DNA of 64,000 nucleotides from Vairimorpha necatrix (Eukaryota): NCBI GenBank assembly GCA_036630325.1, contig CP142735.1, positions 310,001 to 374,000 of the forward strand, read 5' to 3'. Shown piece by piece: positions 51,123 to 63,060 of this stretch (position 1 is its first letter; each line of letters starts with the position of its first letter). The notes under the pieces were generated by a model. It saw only the letters and a program-made list of their open reading frames with translations, ran no database searches and was not told where the DNA came from. The position numbers and the translations under genes were made by a program.

Positions 51123-52329
51123 CGGGGGTTTGCATTTTTTTAGTCAACTTATCCGTTTCTATAGTCCAACTTTTGAAAAAAAATAACAAAAAACCCAGAA
51201 TTTGATATACAATGAACAATCAACAGAATTATGCGTAAATAATATACAACCTCATTTAATTAGATAAACTCGTTTTGCCTTGCCATTTCTACCCATCTTA
51301 CCATATTAGTGTAGAATCCATTACATGAAAGGCTAAAATCGTTGTTCAGCACTTGCTCCAAATCTGTTTCTACTGTATTATTTGAGTTTCGTATAGCACA
51401 AACCTCGATTTTATCATAGAAAAAAAATTCTTCAATAGGATTAAGTTGTGGGGAATATTGAGGCAAAAAAACATAAGATATGCCTAATTCTCTTAGCTTA
51501 TTCAAAACTTCTCTTGAATGATGAAATTTTTCATTATCCATTATTAAAATCTTTTGAGGATTTGTTTGGAAAAAATCTACAAGATGCCTTTCACTAAATT
51601 CGACGAATGGAGCAAAATTATATGCGCCTCTTTTCATTTCGTATGCTATAATTTTCTATTTGAAATCACGCAAAGACAACTTAAATTTTAGCCTCGACTT
51701 GCGGGGACTATTTTAAATGCTTTTTTTTATAAGAAAACCCATAATGCCTTGTGTAATGGGCATTAAAACCAGTTTCATCCAAAAAATCAAATTTTCTAGT
51801 GAATACCCCGATATTCCCATGGCATATTCAGCTCTTTTATCAATTTTGTCCTGATAATTACGCCCTGCGGGAATTAGAGATAGTCTTTTTCTTGTAATAT
51901 TGAGATATTTTTTTTTCGGGAAATAGTAGACAAAGACTTTGAAACATTTGCTAAAGTATTTAGTTCTTTTTTGATTTCACTAAGAGTCTTGTCATTACTA
52001 CGTGCAATTTTGTTTTTTAGCACAAGGTCGATAGGCTTTAAAACACTAGGAGATGTTACTTTGATACGATTTATTGTACTTGTAGAACAAATGGATTCTC
52101 CCTCTAACATTTTCCTATGTATCCTCCAAACTGTTTTATAACTTAAATCTAATGTAGTAGCTACATCTTTTAAGTAAAGTTTTCGTTTTTTATATGTTTT
52201 TCAATAAGTTTTAGGACATCTGGAGTGACTGTAGATCTTGGTTTTCTAGGCATTAGGGGTGTTTTTTTTCAAAAAAAAAAAATGGACTATAAAAATCTAA
52301 AAGTTGGACTATAAAAACGCAAAACCCTG
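51123..52329 (-). mobile_element. Tc1/IS630-like transposon, degraded (ATG 52253)
   Basis: TA TSD; TIR C(A/G)GGG.TTTGC.TTTTT.TAGTC; DETGF, IMDNEKFHH, LPQYSPQLNPIEE. Confidence 0.92.
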
Positions 52330-52813
52330 TACATTCGTAAGTACGGCAAAGTTTGTGTTTATTGTTGACAAGAAATAATAAACTAAGAATAAAATATAAA
52401 AGAAAGTTTGGTTTGAAAGGTTACGACGAATGATCGAAGAGAACAGTATAACTCACGGCAAAGAAAATACAAATAATAAACGTATTTATCAAAAAAGCAG
52501 CATTTATTTATAATATTCTAGAGAGCTATTATAAAAATAGCAAAGTTCCTGTGATGTACATTGCTACAATACATGTACAGCTGCCTAAACCATCAACTGT
52601 CAAACATTTCAAAGGCGTGTAATGATGAGTCGCATAAACGATCAAACAAACGAAAGTTTTATAGTCGTTACTACATTCGTAAGTACGCCAATGTTTGTGT
52701 TTATTGTTGACAAAGAATAATTAATTAAAAATAAAATATAAAAGAAATATTGCTGAGAAGGGTACGCGGAAATGATTAGAGAAGATTCATTAAATAATCA
52801 GAACAAATATCAT

Positions 52814-55800
52814 TGTCAATAGATTTATTGTTGTCCTTCATCAAAATTAGGGGTTTATAAAATTTAAAAATAAATATCAACATCCCCCTTCTTAAAACAT
52901 ATCGTCAACTATTAATTTCAGCTGTGCAGCATGCCTTTTAAATCTTCTACAACCAACATCAATTATGTAAGTGTTGTTATCGAGGGAGTCAACTACCATT
53001 CCTCTGTTTAAGTATTTTGGAGCACCTTTTTTAATTATGCCTTCGTTCCTTATCATCACAACATCCCCCTTTTCGAATTTGTATTCCGCTGGTTTCCTTT
53101 CATGCTTTGTTTTGAATTTTAATATTTGCCGTAGTTGTGTTTGTTTCAATTTCTCAGCATTTTCTTCATTACATGCTTCTGTTGGAGTCATTATAATTCC
53201 AGTGTGAATGTGGTGTTGTATACGTGTAAGGCATGTATTAATCTTCGTGTCAGTAGTTTAGCGGTAATATTCTTATAAATAAGGTCCTGTAAAGTCCTGT
53301 TAAAACGCTCTACCCTTCCATTTGATTGATGATGGAATGGTGAGGTATAATGCAGACTAATATTCTTGTCGGCACATAAATTTTTAACTGCATTTTCCAA
53401 ATTTTCTTTAGATTGATCTAGAATTAATGTTTTTATCTTTAACTTTTCATTGATCTCTTTAATAAATTCTGCGACTTTTTAGGTTTCACGCGATTTAATT
53501 ATCTTAGCAAATCCGTATCTTGTAAAATAATCAATTCCGGTGATAATGTATTGGTTATTAATAGGGCCAATAATATCAATGGCAACCTTCTCCCCCTTCT
53601 CGTATGCTGTTACATATAAGAATCTTCTGTCCTTTTTTGGATTATATTTTGCACAAATAGTGCATCTTTTAATAACCTTTCTTATCACTTCTTCCACGTT
53701 TTTTACCTTAAATCCCCTTTTCTCGATTTCATACTTCATAGATTGTATCCCTATATGCAAGAGCTCTTTATGGATTTGCTCTATCTGTTCTATAAGGCAA
53801 ACTGTTCTTTCAACTTCATTTATCGTAGGCTGTGAATCTAATTGTGGGAGAGGGCTAATTTCAGCTGAACAATTGGTAGGGTTTCGGCTCAGACAGTCTA
53901 CGTGTGGTATCTCCTTTCCTTTTTTATACTTTATTTTAAAACTAAAATTAGCAATTCTCTCCAACCATCTTTGTATTCTTAACGACTTTATTTCTCCTTT
54001 ATTTAGTGCCTCTACGGCTTTATGGTCCGTTACGACTTCAAAATCAGTACCATACAAAAAATACTTAAAATGTTCCATGTCCCATAGTATTGCTAGGCAT
54101 TCCTTTTCACTTATGCTGTATTTTATTTCCGTTTCCTGCAGTATTCTGGATGCAAAAGCTACGGCTTTATCTTCACCTTCGAACTCTTGGGATAATATCG
54201 CAGCTATCCCACTGTTTGACGCATCTGTCTCTAATTTAAAGTACTTATTAAAATCTGGTTGTGTCAATTCTGTGCTATGTTTAAGTGAATTTATGAGGGC
54301 TAGGAATGCATTGTTTTCTGCTTCTCTCCAGTAAAACGTCTTATCACCCTTTAACAAATCATAAAGGGGCCCGCCTATTAATGAACAATTGGGGATGAAT
54401 TTTCTATAGTAATTTATCAGCCCTAGGAATTCCTGTACTTTCTTCTTATCTTTCGGAGGCTCTAGATCTTCGAGCGCCTGTGTTCGTTTCACACAAGGTA
54501 GTACTTTATTATAGGTTATTTTGTGGCCCAAAAATTTCACTTCCTCTTTTTTGACAATTGATTTGTCCATATTTATATCCATATTATATTGTTTAAGTAT
54601 ATCTGTAACTCTCTTATATGCCTCGTCATGTTCTATCTCATTCCTACCAAAAACTAGAATGTCGTCCACATAGCAATAACATGACTTACCGAGCTCACTA
54701 TTCAGAACATGATCCTTGTGGCATTACTGTCCACTCATATAGCACATGCTTGTATCGGAATGCTGTTTTGTGTCTATCTCTAACACTTAATGGTATCTGA
54801 AAAAATCCGTCTTTCAAGTCGATCGTAAAAAAAACTTCATACCTCTTAAATTGCATAATATTTCGTCGATATTTGGTAACGAATAACGATCCAGTTCGAC
54901 GAGATTGTTCAATGCCACCCAATTAGTCGTTATTCTAACCTTTCCATCCGGCTTTATTACTGGTCGAAGATTATTTAGCCAGGAGGAATTCGACTTACGA
55001 ATGTATCCTTTCTCAATGAGTGTCTTTATTGATTTATCCGCTTTAACTTCTAGCTTTTTTGGTAAAGGGTATACCTTTTCCACAACCTTACATCCTTCTT
55101 TTGTTTTTATTTCACAAATATATTTAAATTTATCTTTGTTCATCACCTTCTTTATCGTGTTTACTCCTATCAGAATTTTCTCAGATTTAACCTTTGGGAG
55201 GACATAGAAATCGGCCGTACATTTAATGTTTTTATATTTAAATTCTAGTGAAACATATTGTTTAATACTGAATTGTTCTTCCAAACAGGTCTAGAATTTT
55301 ATTTCCTCATTCAGTTCTTTAGGTATGAGTGATAGTCTATGTATCACTGAGTAACTCATAAAATTATATCTTGCACCAGTGTCAAATAAAACTGCAACTT
55401 TTACGTCTTTAACATAGATAAAACTCTCTTTATTTAAAATTTCTGCAATATCTTCGCTTATCTCATTAATTCTTCTAGATCTATCGGTCTCTTTTCCGTT
55501 ATTTCTCACATTTTCTGGGTACTTTCGACATGACCTAGCGAAATGACCCCGTCGTCCGCATTTATAACATCCTGTAGACCTAGAATTTTCGTTAATTTTT
55601 AAAGCAGTTAATCTTTCTAAAAGAGAACTTATGTTGTTCTTCTTGTCTACTTGTTTCTCTTTTTTCTTTTCTTCTTCCATGCTATGAATTCTCTGGAGTT
55701 CTCGAGCTCCTATTGATTTAACTGACCATAGATATTTTTTGGCTGAAGATGCCCAAACACCCCCCCTCAGAGGGTGTTCACTTTATTTTTTCGAACCCCA

Positions 55801-57512
55801 AAATTGAAGTGCAAAAAAAGGAGGAGCAAGAAGGAGACAAAAATTTCTAACCACTTTACATATTAAAAATATAAAATAAATAAATATATATATATTTAAA
55901 TACAGAATTTAATTTTAAACTAGAAAATACTTCCCGTCTTTATTAGAACTTGTTTTTGGGGCATATTAAATTCTCTATATTTTACTTTATATTTTGGTTA
56001 TTTGCCCCTACTTTTAAGAAATGCCAGAAGAAAAATATAAAGACGTAGAAGAAATCATGCTTAAATGCATTGATTCATGCATATTAGGGAGATTTTGTCC
56101 AAAATGTCTTGGTAATATGAAAAAGACAAAGGAAACACAAAATCTTATAAGATGTAGTAAAAAAAGATGTAGGTTTGAAATGCCTTTAGTGTATAAAAAC
56201 CTTTTTTCCGAACAAAATTAAGTTGGTTACAAATAAGCCAAGCAATATTTCTGTTTATAAACAATACTCACGCTAAAACAATAATTAAAATATTATCAAT
56301 AAGTAAAAAGGCGGTATATAGAACAATAAAAAACATTGCAAAAGACCTAAAAAGCAATGAAATGATTGGTGGTCTAGACATCATAGTTGAAATAGACGAA
56401 TCTAAGTTCGGTAAGCGAAAAAATCATAGGGGACATAAAGTCGATGGAGTATGGGTTCTTGGGATGGTTGAAAGGACCACACAAAGGAAAATAGTGTTAG
56501 TAGAAGTAGAAAATAGGAAGGCAATTACAATATAAAGTGTAATTCTCAAATATGTTAAAGCAGGAAGTATCATATATACAGATTGTTGGAAAGGCTACGT
56601 AAACCTTTTCAAATTTGGCATATACAGACATTTTACTGTTAACCACTCCATTGGTTTTGTAAACTTGACGACAGGTGTACACACAAACCACATCGAAGGT
56701 ACATGGGCAGGCGTAAAATTAGGAATTCCGTTTAGATATAGGTCCAAAAAACATATTACACCTTGGTTAAACTTATTTGTTTTTAAAAGAAATAATCGAA
56801 AAAATACGTTCGAAAAATTAATGTAAATCACTTTTGATTAAATAAATCAATTTAAAATTAAATTCTGTATTTAAATATATATTTATTTTATATTTTTAAT
56901 ATTTAAAGTGGTTAGAAATTTTTGTCTCTTTCTTGCTCCTCCTTTTTTTGCACTTCAATTTTGGGGTTCGAAAAAATAAAGTGAACACCCTCTGAGGGGG
57001 GGGGGTTTCGGATCCTTCCTCCTATTTTTTTATATCGCTATTACCTGCATTCAGTCCTTCTGCGATGATGTCTACAATTTCTAAATCGCTCAACTTATAG
57101 ATACAAGCCTTTTCTTTTACCCTTTCTATAAAGGCTACAATGCCTTCGTTCTCATCCTGGTTTAATCGGTATATCTCACCCAGGGAAATCTCTTTCTTAC
57201 CAAATACTTCTTTGGCGGACTTTAACCATTTTTCATACATTAGAGCGCACTTTCTTCGCGACTCTAGAAACTCCTCATGCCATTCTATAATGGCGTACTC
57301 TGCTCTTCCTATGATGTATTCAATTTTATCTTCGTCATTCTTGTTGATGAAGAAAGACATCATTCCAAGTCTCTTACATTCTTGAAGAAGGTTACGGATT
57401 GTTATAACCATGTTTATGGGCTTTGATGTCCCATTCTCCACCATGTCAATAGATTTATTGTTGTCCTTCATCAAAATTAGGGGTTTATAAAATTTAAAAA
57501 TAAATATCAACA
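52814..57512 (-). mobile_element. Ty3/Gypsy element with identical 69-bp LTRs and frameshifted gag-pol; split by Merlin 55741-57022
   Basis: LTRs 52814-52882 and 57444-57512; TSD ATCAT/AACAT; PBS TGGTGGAGA; PPT GAAGGGGGA; CYKCGRRGHFARSC, LFDTGA, YVDD, TDAS, integrase 52892-53700. Confidence 0.94.
55741..57022 (+). mobile_element. Merlin/IS1595-like transposon with long (>150 bp) TIRs
   Basis: 8-bp TSD TATTTTTT; mirrored CCCCCCTCAGAGGGTGTTCACTTT...; [23 protein letters not shown]. Confidence 0.92.
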
Positions 57513-57831
57513 AACATAATAAACATAATAAAACTATTAACATTAACAATTATTTAGAACAATACTACAAAAATGGCCATGTATTCCGGATACATGACAG
57601 TTCCTTTTATACAGGACAGATTTGATCAAAAAGGTTGAAGATTTTTTAAAAAAATTTATAATTTATCTTTGAATTTTATCTGTCTACAGGTTAAGTTGCG
57701 ATGTTCACCCCAACTCTAAAAAAATAAAAAAAAGGGGAAAAAAATAAAAAAAGAATAAATTATACCCCTAAAATGAACTTCAAGAATTTTAGAAAATTAA
57801 TATATAAAAAAGAGGAATTAAATATTTTTCT

Positions 57832-59597
57832 CGTCGCAGTTAGTAGAGGGAACCCTGAAAAACGAGCTCTGTGTGGATCGAACCCAGGACTATTCGAAGA
57901 AGAACAAAATTTACTTAGAAAGGAAAAAAAAATTATTAAGAAATTACAGTAAAATTATCCTTCAATTTTAGTAAATAATTTTTTATTTTGTGGAGTTATG
58001 AGAATAAAAATGAACAATGATAAAAGACAAGAAGTTTACAATTTTTTATTATATGGTCAGCTGCCACCAACGTTTTTGGACAAAGTTGATCGTAAAAATT
58101 TCAAAGATAAAGCTGAACGTTTCATGTTGTTTGAAGAAAAAACAATGGAAATTTCGAACTAACTGTGAGGTTTAAAGTAGATAAATATAGATCATTGAGA
58201 TTCTTTACAGCCAATGAGCAGCGTTTCAAATCGGATTTCATCAAACTGATTCATGTTTCTAATGGACATCCTGGGCGTGACAGATTGTATCCATTGTTAC
58301 AATCAAAAGTATACGACGTTACTCAAAACGAAGTACTGAGGGTTTTGAAAAGTTGTGATATTTGTCAAGCAAGAAGAAACCTAATAACTAGACCAGTTAT
58401 TAGACCAATCATTTCAAAATATCCTAAAAGGTATATTGCTGATTTGATTGATCTTAGATTGTATCACGAACTCAATGATGGGTATAAATGGTTACTTAAC
58501 GTAGTGGATTCATTTACCAAGTTCTGTTGGACGGTTCCATTGCGTGACAAAACTGGCATTAGTGTGCGTGATGCCTTTGAAACACTATTCAATACGTTTG
58601 GATCTTGTTTTATACTTCATACCTACAACGGTAGAGAATTTGTTAATCAATATATCGTGAATTTATGTGTAAAGTATGAAATAAGACATGTAAGAGGAAG
58701 AGCTAGATGTCCTTGGATACAAGGACAGATAGAACGATGCAATCAAACAATAAAATGGATGATTGCATCTACTCTGAGGTCAAAGAATATCTTAAGGCAA
58801 TGGACCATAGTACGCCAAGAAGTTACCTGGGCATATAACAACTTAAGGCATTCAACAACTAAACAAACTATATTCAGTATAATGTTTGGTAAGCCCATTA
58901 AAGACATAATGCAAGAATCTAGAATTACTGATATTCTAGATTCGGTTGCAAATAATAACAAAGTTGAAAATGAGGAAGAAGAATTTGTTTTTGACGAAAA
59001 TAACGTCGTCTATTACGAAGAAATATATGCTTTAAACAATGAAAATCTTTTTTTAAATAAAATTTACCACAAATCTGCACAGTTTAATACTCAAAATGCT
59101 GCTTATAGAATGATTGAAAGAAGTATGTGGAGAAATGACTTCTATGAATATAAATTGGGAGATAGGGTTCTTATAAGACATATTTAGACAATAATCAAAG
59201 TACTAGAAGGCTTCCTCTATACGAACATTTGGATTTCGATGTATATATTGTAATGAATATACTTCAATTTAATAAAGTAAAATTATCTAAAGAAGCTAAT
59301 TTATTGGTTATTATAGAAGAAATTTACACTAGAGATCTAAGATTGCTTGATAACGAAAAAATTTTTTTAGAAAAGTTGTTTATTTTATTTTTTTATTTCC
59401 TTTCCCTTTAAATTTATATAAAATTACTCGAAATATACCCCATAATATAATTAGATCAAATTTTGAACCGTTGCAAAAAAGTCGTTCATTGTGATTGTAT
59501 TCCTTCGAGAAGTCCCAAGTTCGATTCCCACGGGATCTTTTTTTTAAATTTTTTTAGGGTTCCCTCTACTAACTGGTTCCGCCAACTAACTGTGACA
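57832..59597 (+). mobile_element. Ginger/GIN-like DNA transposon with Gypsy-type integrase
   Basis: Inverted ends CGTCGCAGTTAGT / ACTAACTGTGACA plus subterminal CAGTTAGTAGAGGGAACCCT mirrored at 59556-59575; approximate 4-bp TSD TTCT/TTCC; no RT or LTR. Confidence 0.75.
57998..59187 (+). pseudogene. Integrase (HHCC Zn finger plus rve core), frameshifted near 58140, second catalytic D changed to Y
   Basis: EVYNFLLYGQLP N-terminus; HVSNGHPG..CDIC; IADLID, LHTYNGREF, QGQIERCNQT in ORF 58165-59187. Confidence 0.85.
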
Positions 59598-60576
59598 TTC
59601 CTTCTTGAAAAAAATATATTAAAGGTACCGATGTGCAATAAGTGCATGAAACCCATGACCAAAATTAAAAACAATTTTGGACATATATCGTTGTTACTTA
59701 CGACTAAATAGAGAAAATGCTCAAACAAAGGTATCATTACAAACAAAGCATTTTTAAAAGTTCTAGATTAGATATCGTAGTTCTTTTAATTTTACTGTGT
59801 AAATGGGTTAAAGGCGTAAGCAATGTTTCGGCTACTATCGAATTGGATATAGATAGTAGTACCGTATCTCGCTGGTTTACGCGTTTTAATAACGCTGTAT
59901 TCTTATCCTATTTCAACTACATAAAAAACAAAACCATAGGAGGTTTGAATTGCGTAGTTGAAATAGACGAGACATTGCTTGTTAAAAGTAAAAACCATAA
60001 CGGTAGAATTCTTCAATACCAAGTTTGGGCTGTTGGTGGAGTTGTAAGAGGAGACAGCAATTCTTTTTTTCGAAATTGTTGAAAATCGATCAAGAACAAT
60101 TCTTGTCGATTGAATAAAACGAAAATTAGCACCCGGATCTACAATTATTACTGATTGCTAGCGGGGTTATGAAGAGTTTCCGGAACTATGTCCGGATTAT
60201 AACTATTTACATTTAACTATAAATCATAGCCAAAATTTTATAAATCCAACAACAGGCGCCCACGCCCAAACAAGTACGGGAATGTGGTCTGTAATTAAAA
60301 GGGAATTACTCAAAGAAGGATCTTGCCATGGTTCTTTAATATATCTACTTCGAAAACTTTATATAGCTCGTTTTAAGTATATATATAGAGGAACACTATG
60401 AAAAAATGTTAAGCTTTTTGAAGTTACAAATATATGTTTTTTTAAATTACGATTTAGCGCCTGAATTTGATTTTGAATTAATTGAATAAATTTTAGTTTT
60501 GTCTTTTTTTTATTTTCCCCCCTTTTAGGGATGGGGGGGGGGGGTAACATCGCAACTTAACCTGTTTCTGTCTACA

Positions 60577-63060
60577 TTTCATAGCTTTGAGAATAAAGAT
60601 AAATTAAAATATTTAGATCATCTAGTTTGTAGATTGTTTAAAGATAATCATAAAAATTCTTTCGCAATAAAAAAAATTGAAATTTTTTGTAATACATAAT
60701 TTTTCGATGCCGGTATTTAAATGTCTAAACCCTAATATTTATAAAAGAATGGAAAATACAGAACGATTTTATCACGTAAACATGACAAAATAAATAAGAA
60801 CAGACAGCTAAGGATTGATTATAAATTGCCAGATGATACAAAGTTAAAGGATCATGATGTTAATCACTTAATCGCGCATAAAAGTAAAAATTTTTATAAT
60901 ATAAACAGATGAACAAAAGTTGAGAACGGCTCTTACACTTAGGCCCATTGATAACATGTTGCCATGTGAAATAAAAAAAAATAAATACACCGGGAATGAG
61001 ACTAAAAAAGAGATAATTTTGACAATATGTAAAAGCATTTTAAAATCAGAGGGGTTGTCGTTTTCGGTTATGGAGCAACCTATTTTAAATGATTATGGAT
61101 ATATTATTAATTATGTTGGTGATTGTCCAACAAAAAAGGTTCCACACAAAAGAAACAGGTGTGTTATAACTATAACAGACAGTCGAATATCTTTAGGTTG
61201 TTATGATGAAGAGTGTAAGGGTGTAATAAACATTAAAATTGACGTCATTCCTATTGTAATAAGGAATTTCATTTTTGGAGATGGGGGGACTATACTTAAA
61301 ACAAGTGAATGGCTGGTCCAAGAAGAACTTAGATAAAGGAGCACATTTTGGAGGTTTTAACGAAGATGATACTTTACAAACACGTGCGAGTCAATTCTTA
61401 ATTAATAAATATAAAGACAGATTTGAATCTGAGGCCGATATTGAGCATTATTTAAAAGGTTGGAATTTTTTTTTGCTTTCGGAAAAAGATAATAAAAAAG
61501 TAATTGTTGAGGAATTTGCTTCTCAACAATTTGTTTGTAATTTTTAATAACTGTGTCTTTCCGATACAAAATAATTACATAGGAGATTGTGCTTTAAAAA
61601 AACAAAAAAACATAGTTGAGTGTGAGAATACAGGATTGGTAATTAATACTGAAACAAAGAATATGATAGCTTTAAAATCCGTAGTCGAGTTAGAGTCTCA
61701 AAAAAATTTATACAGTGCTGAGGATTTTGATATTTTCAAATCAATAATTAATATGCCGATATCTAGAAATATAGTTAATTTGTTTTTAAGAACAAATTTG
61801 TCTAGAGAATTTAAATACTATAATCTTGTTTTATATAGGAGGGAAAATGATTTGTGGGTCCCAACTAATGAAAGGACTCTGAGAGAAGAAATTTTAATCT
61901 CAATATCAGATTTCTTTAATCCTTTCTCTATTTGGTTAGAAAGTGAAAAAACTTAGAACCTGTATTAGTTAGGTCGGGTATTAGGTTTATAAAGGAAATG
62001 GAATCAAGTACTAATATTTCCCAGATAGTTTGTGCATCTGGAGGTATTCTGAGGGATTATACATTTGGAGATAAGTTAGATGCAGATTTTAGTTTGATTC
62101 CATTCAAAACTAAAGTATATTCATTAGATACTAAGGAACTGAGAGATTATAGTCCAGATGATTACTTTACCAAAAAGTTTCCAATGGACCATAATATAAA
62201 TTCAGATGTTAATATTGCGTTAAGATTTCTTAGGAGTATCTTTACTGATAGGGAGTTTTGGATTATGCCTTGTATGAGTTTGGTTCTTGGTTGAAAGCCG
62301 GATACCAAACGATACTTTGATGTTTTTCAGAGGCTGTGGGTCTAATGGGAAATCCCTTTTAATACATTTATTATCTGCTATATTTGGAGACTTCGGACAG
62401 GCTTTACCTTCGGCTTTCTTCTCAATGGAGAGTAATAATTCGAGTATTGCAAACCCATTGTTAAAAGGCCTGAAAACGAAGAAAGTGGCGTTTTTATCTG
62501 AGCCACAGGCCGGTAAGTTGAAATCAGAATTTATTAAGAAATTGTGTGGAGCAGATGAAGTTTCTGCCAGAAATTTATTTAGTAATGACATCGCTAATTT
62601 TAAACTTACAACGAAGTTTGTCATTGCGATGAATGAACTACCATCTTTTTCTTCTGTAGATCAGGCCTTGTGGAGGAGAATTCGGATAATTCCTTTAAAA
62701 ACCAAGTTTGTGGAAGATCCGGAAAATAGAAATGAAAAAAAATAGACAGGAGTTTATCTGGCGATGTTAATAAAAATCTTCTATTACGAGAATCACTTTT
62801 GAAGTTAATAATAGAGCGATATCATGAGATTAAAGAAATGAAAATTGAACCTCCAATCTTATGCATACAGGCTGTAGAAAACCTAATAAATGTAGAAGAT
62901 TATTTTAAAAAGTGGTTAGTTAAAAATGTTACTTATAAACAGGGGAGAATCTTGTCGAAACATGAGATTTTTGCCAGGTATGATGGCGTAATTTGAGAAG
63001 TAAAACCACTAAATAAAGAACAAAGACAAAGATTAAAGGGTTTGGTGAGATACATGGAAG
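60577..63060 (+). pseudogene. Remainder of a D5-like primase-helicase (candidate AEP motifs II/III, Zn finger, D5_N, SF3 helicase) with many stops and frameshifts
   Basis: KYLDHLV and FFDAGI* in one frame; GDCPTKKVPHKRN..GCYDEEC; LDADFSLIPFK..YSLDT..RDYSPDDYFT; Walker A GCGSNGKS, Walker B FLSE, motif C IAMNELP..ALWRRIRIIP. Confidence 0.88.

Larger units (their letters stand above)
52550..57599 (+). repeat. Inner solo LTR (TGTGATGTACAT family) interrupted by Gypsy 52814-57512
   Basis: TGTGATGTACA...GGATACATGACA; TSD GTTCC. Confidence 0.87.
50979..57618 (+). repeat. Outer solo LTR (TGTGATGTACAT family) expanded by nested insertions
   Basis: Starts TGTGATGTACAT, ends ACAGGACA; TSD GATTT (50974-50978/57619-57623). 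Confidence 0.85.
57689..60562 (+). mobile_element. Merlin/IS1595-like transposon hosting a Ginger-like element
   Basis: TIR GGTTAAGTTGCGATGTT; flanking TCTGTCTACA repeated (with an extra TGTT on the right); transposase 59630-60400 is close to the 38087 copy. Confidence 0.9.

Noticed and set aside
53540-54334. 264-aa plus-strand ORF and similar antisense ORFs
   Set aside because: Shadow frames opposite Gypsy pol or Merlin transposases, with no independent domain signal.
1015-60562. Bacterial IS1595 elements or a bacterial contig
   Set aside because: They are interleaved with LTR retrotransposons, a LINE and a SINE, and no operons are seen; the eukaryotic Merlin superfamily fits better.
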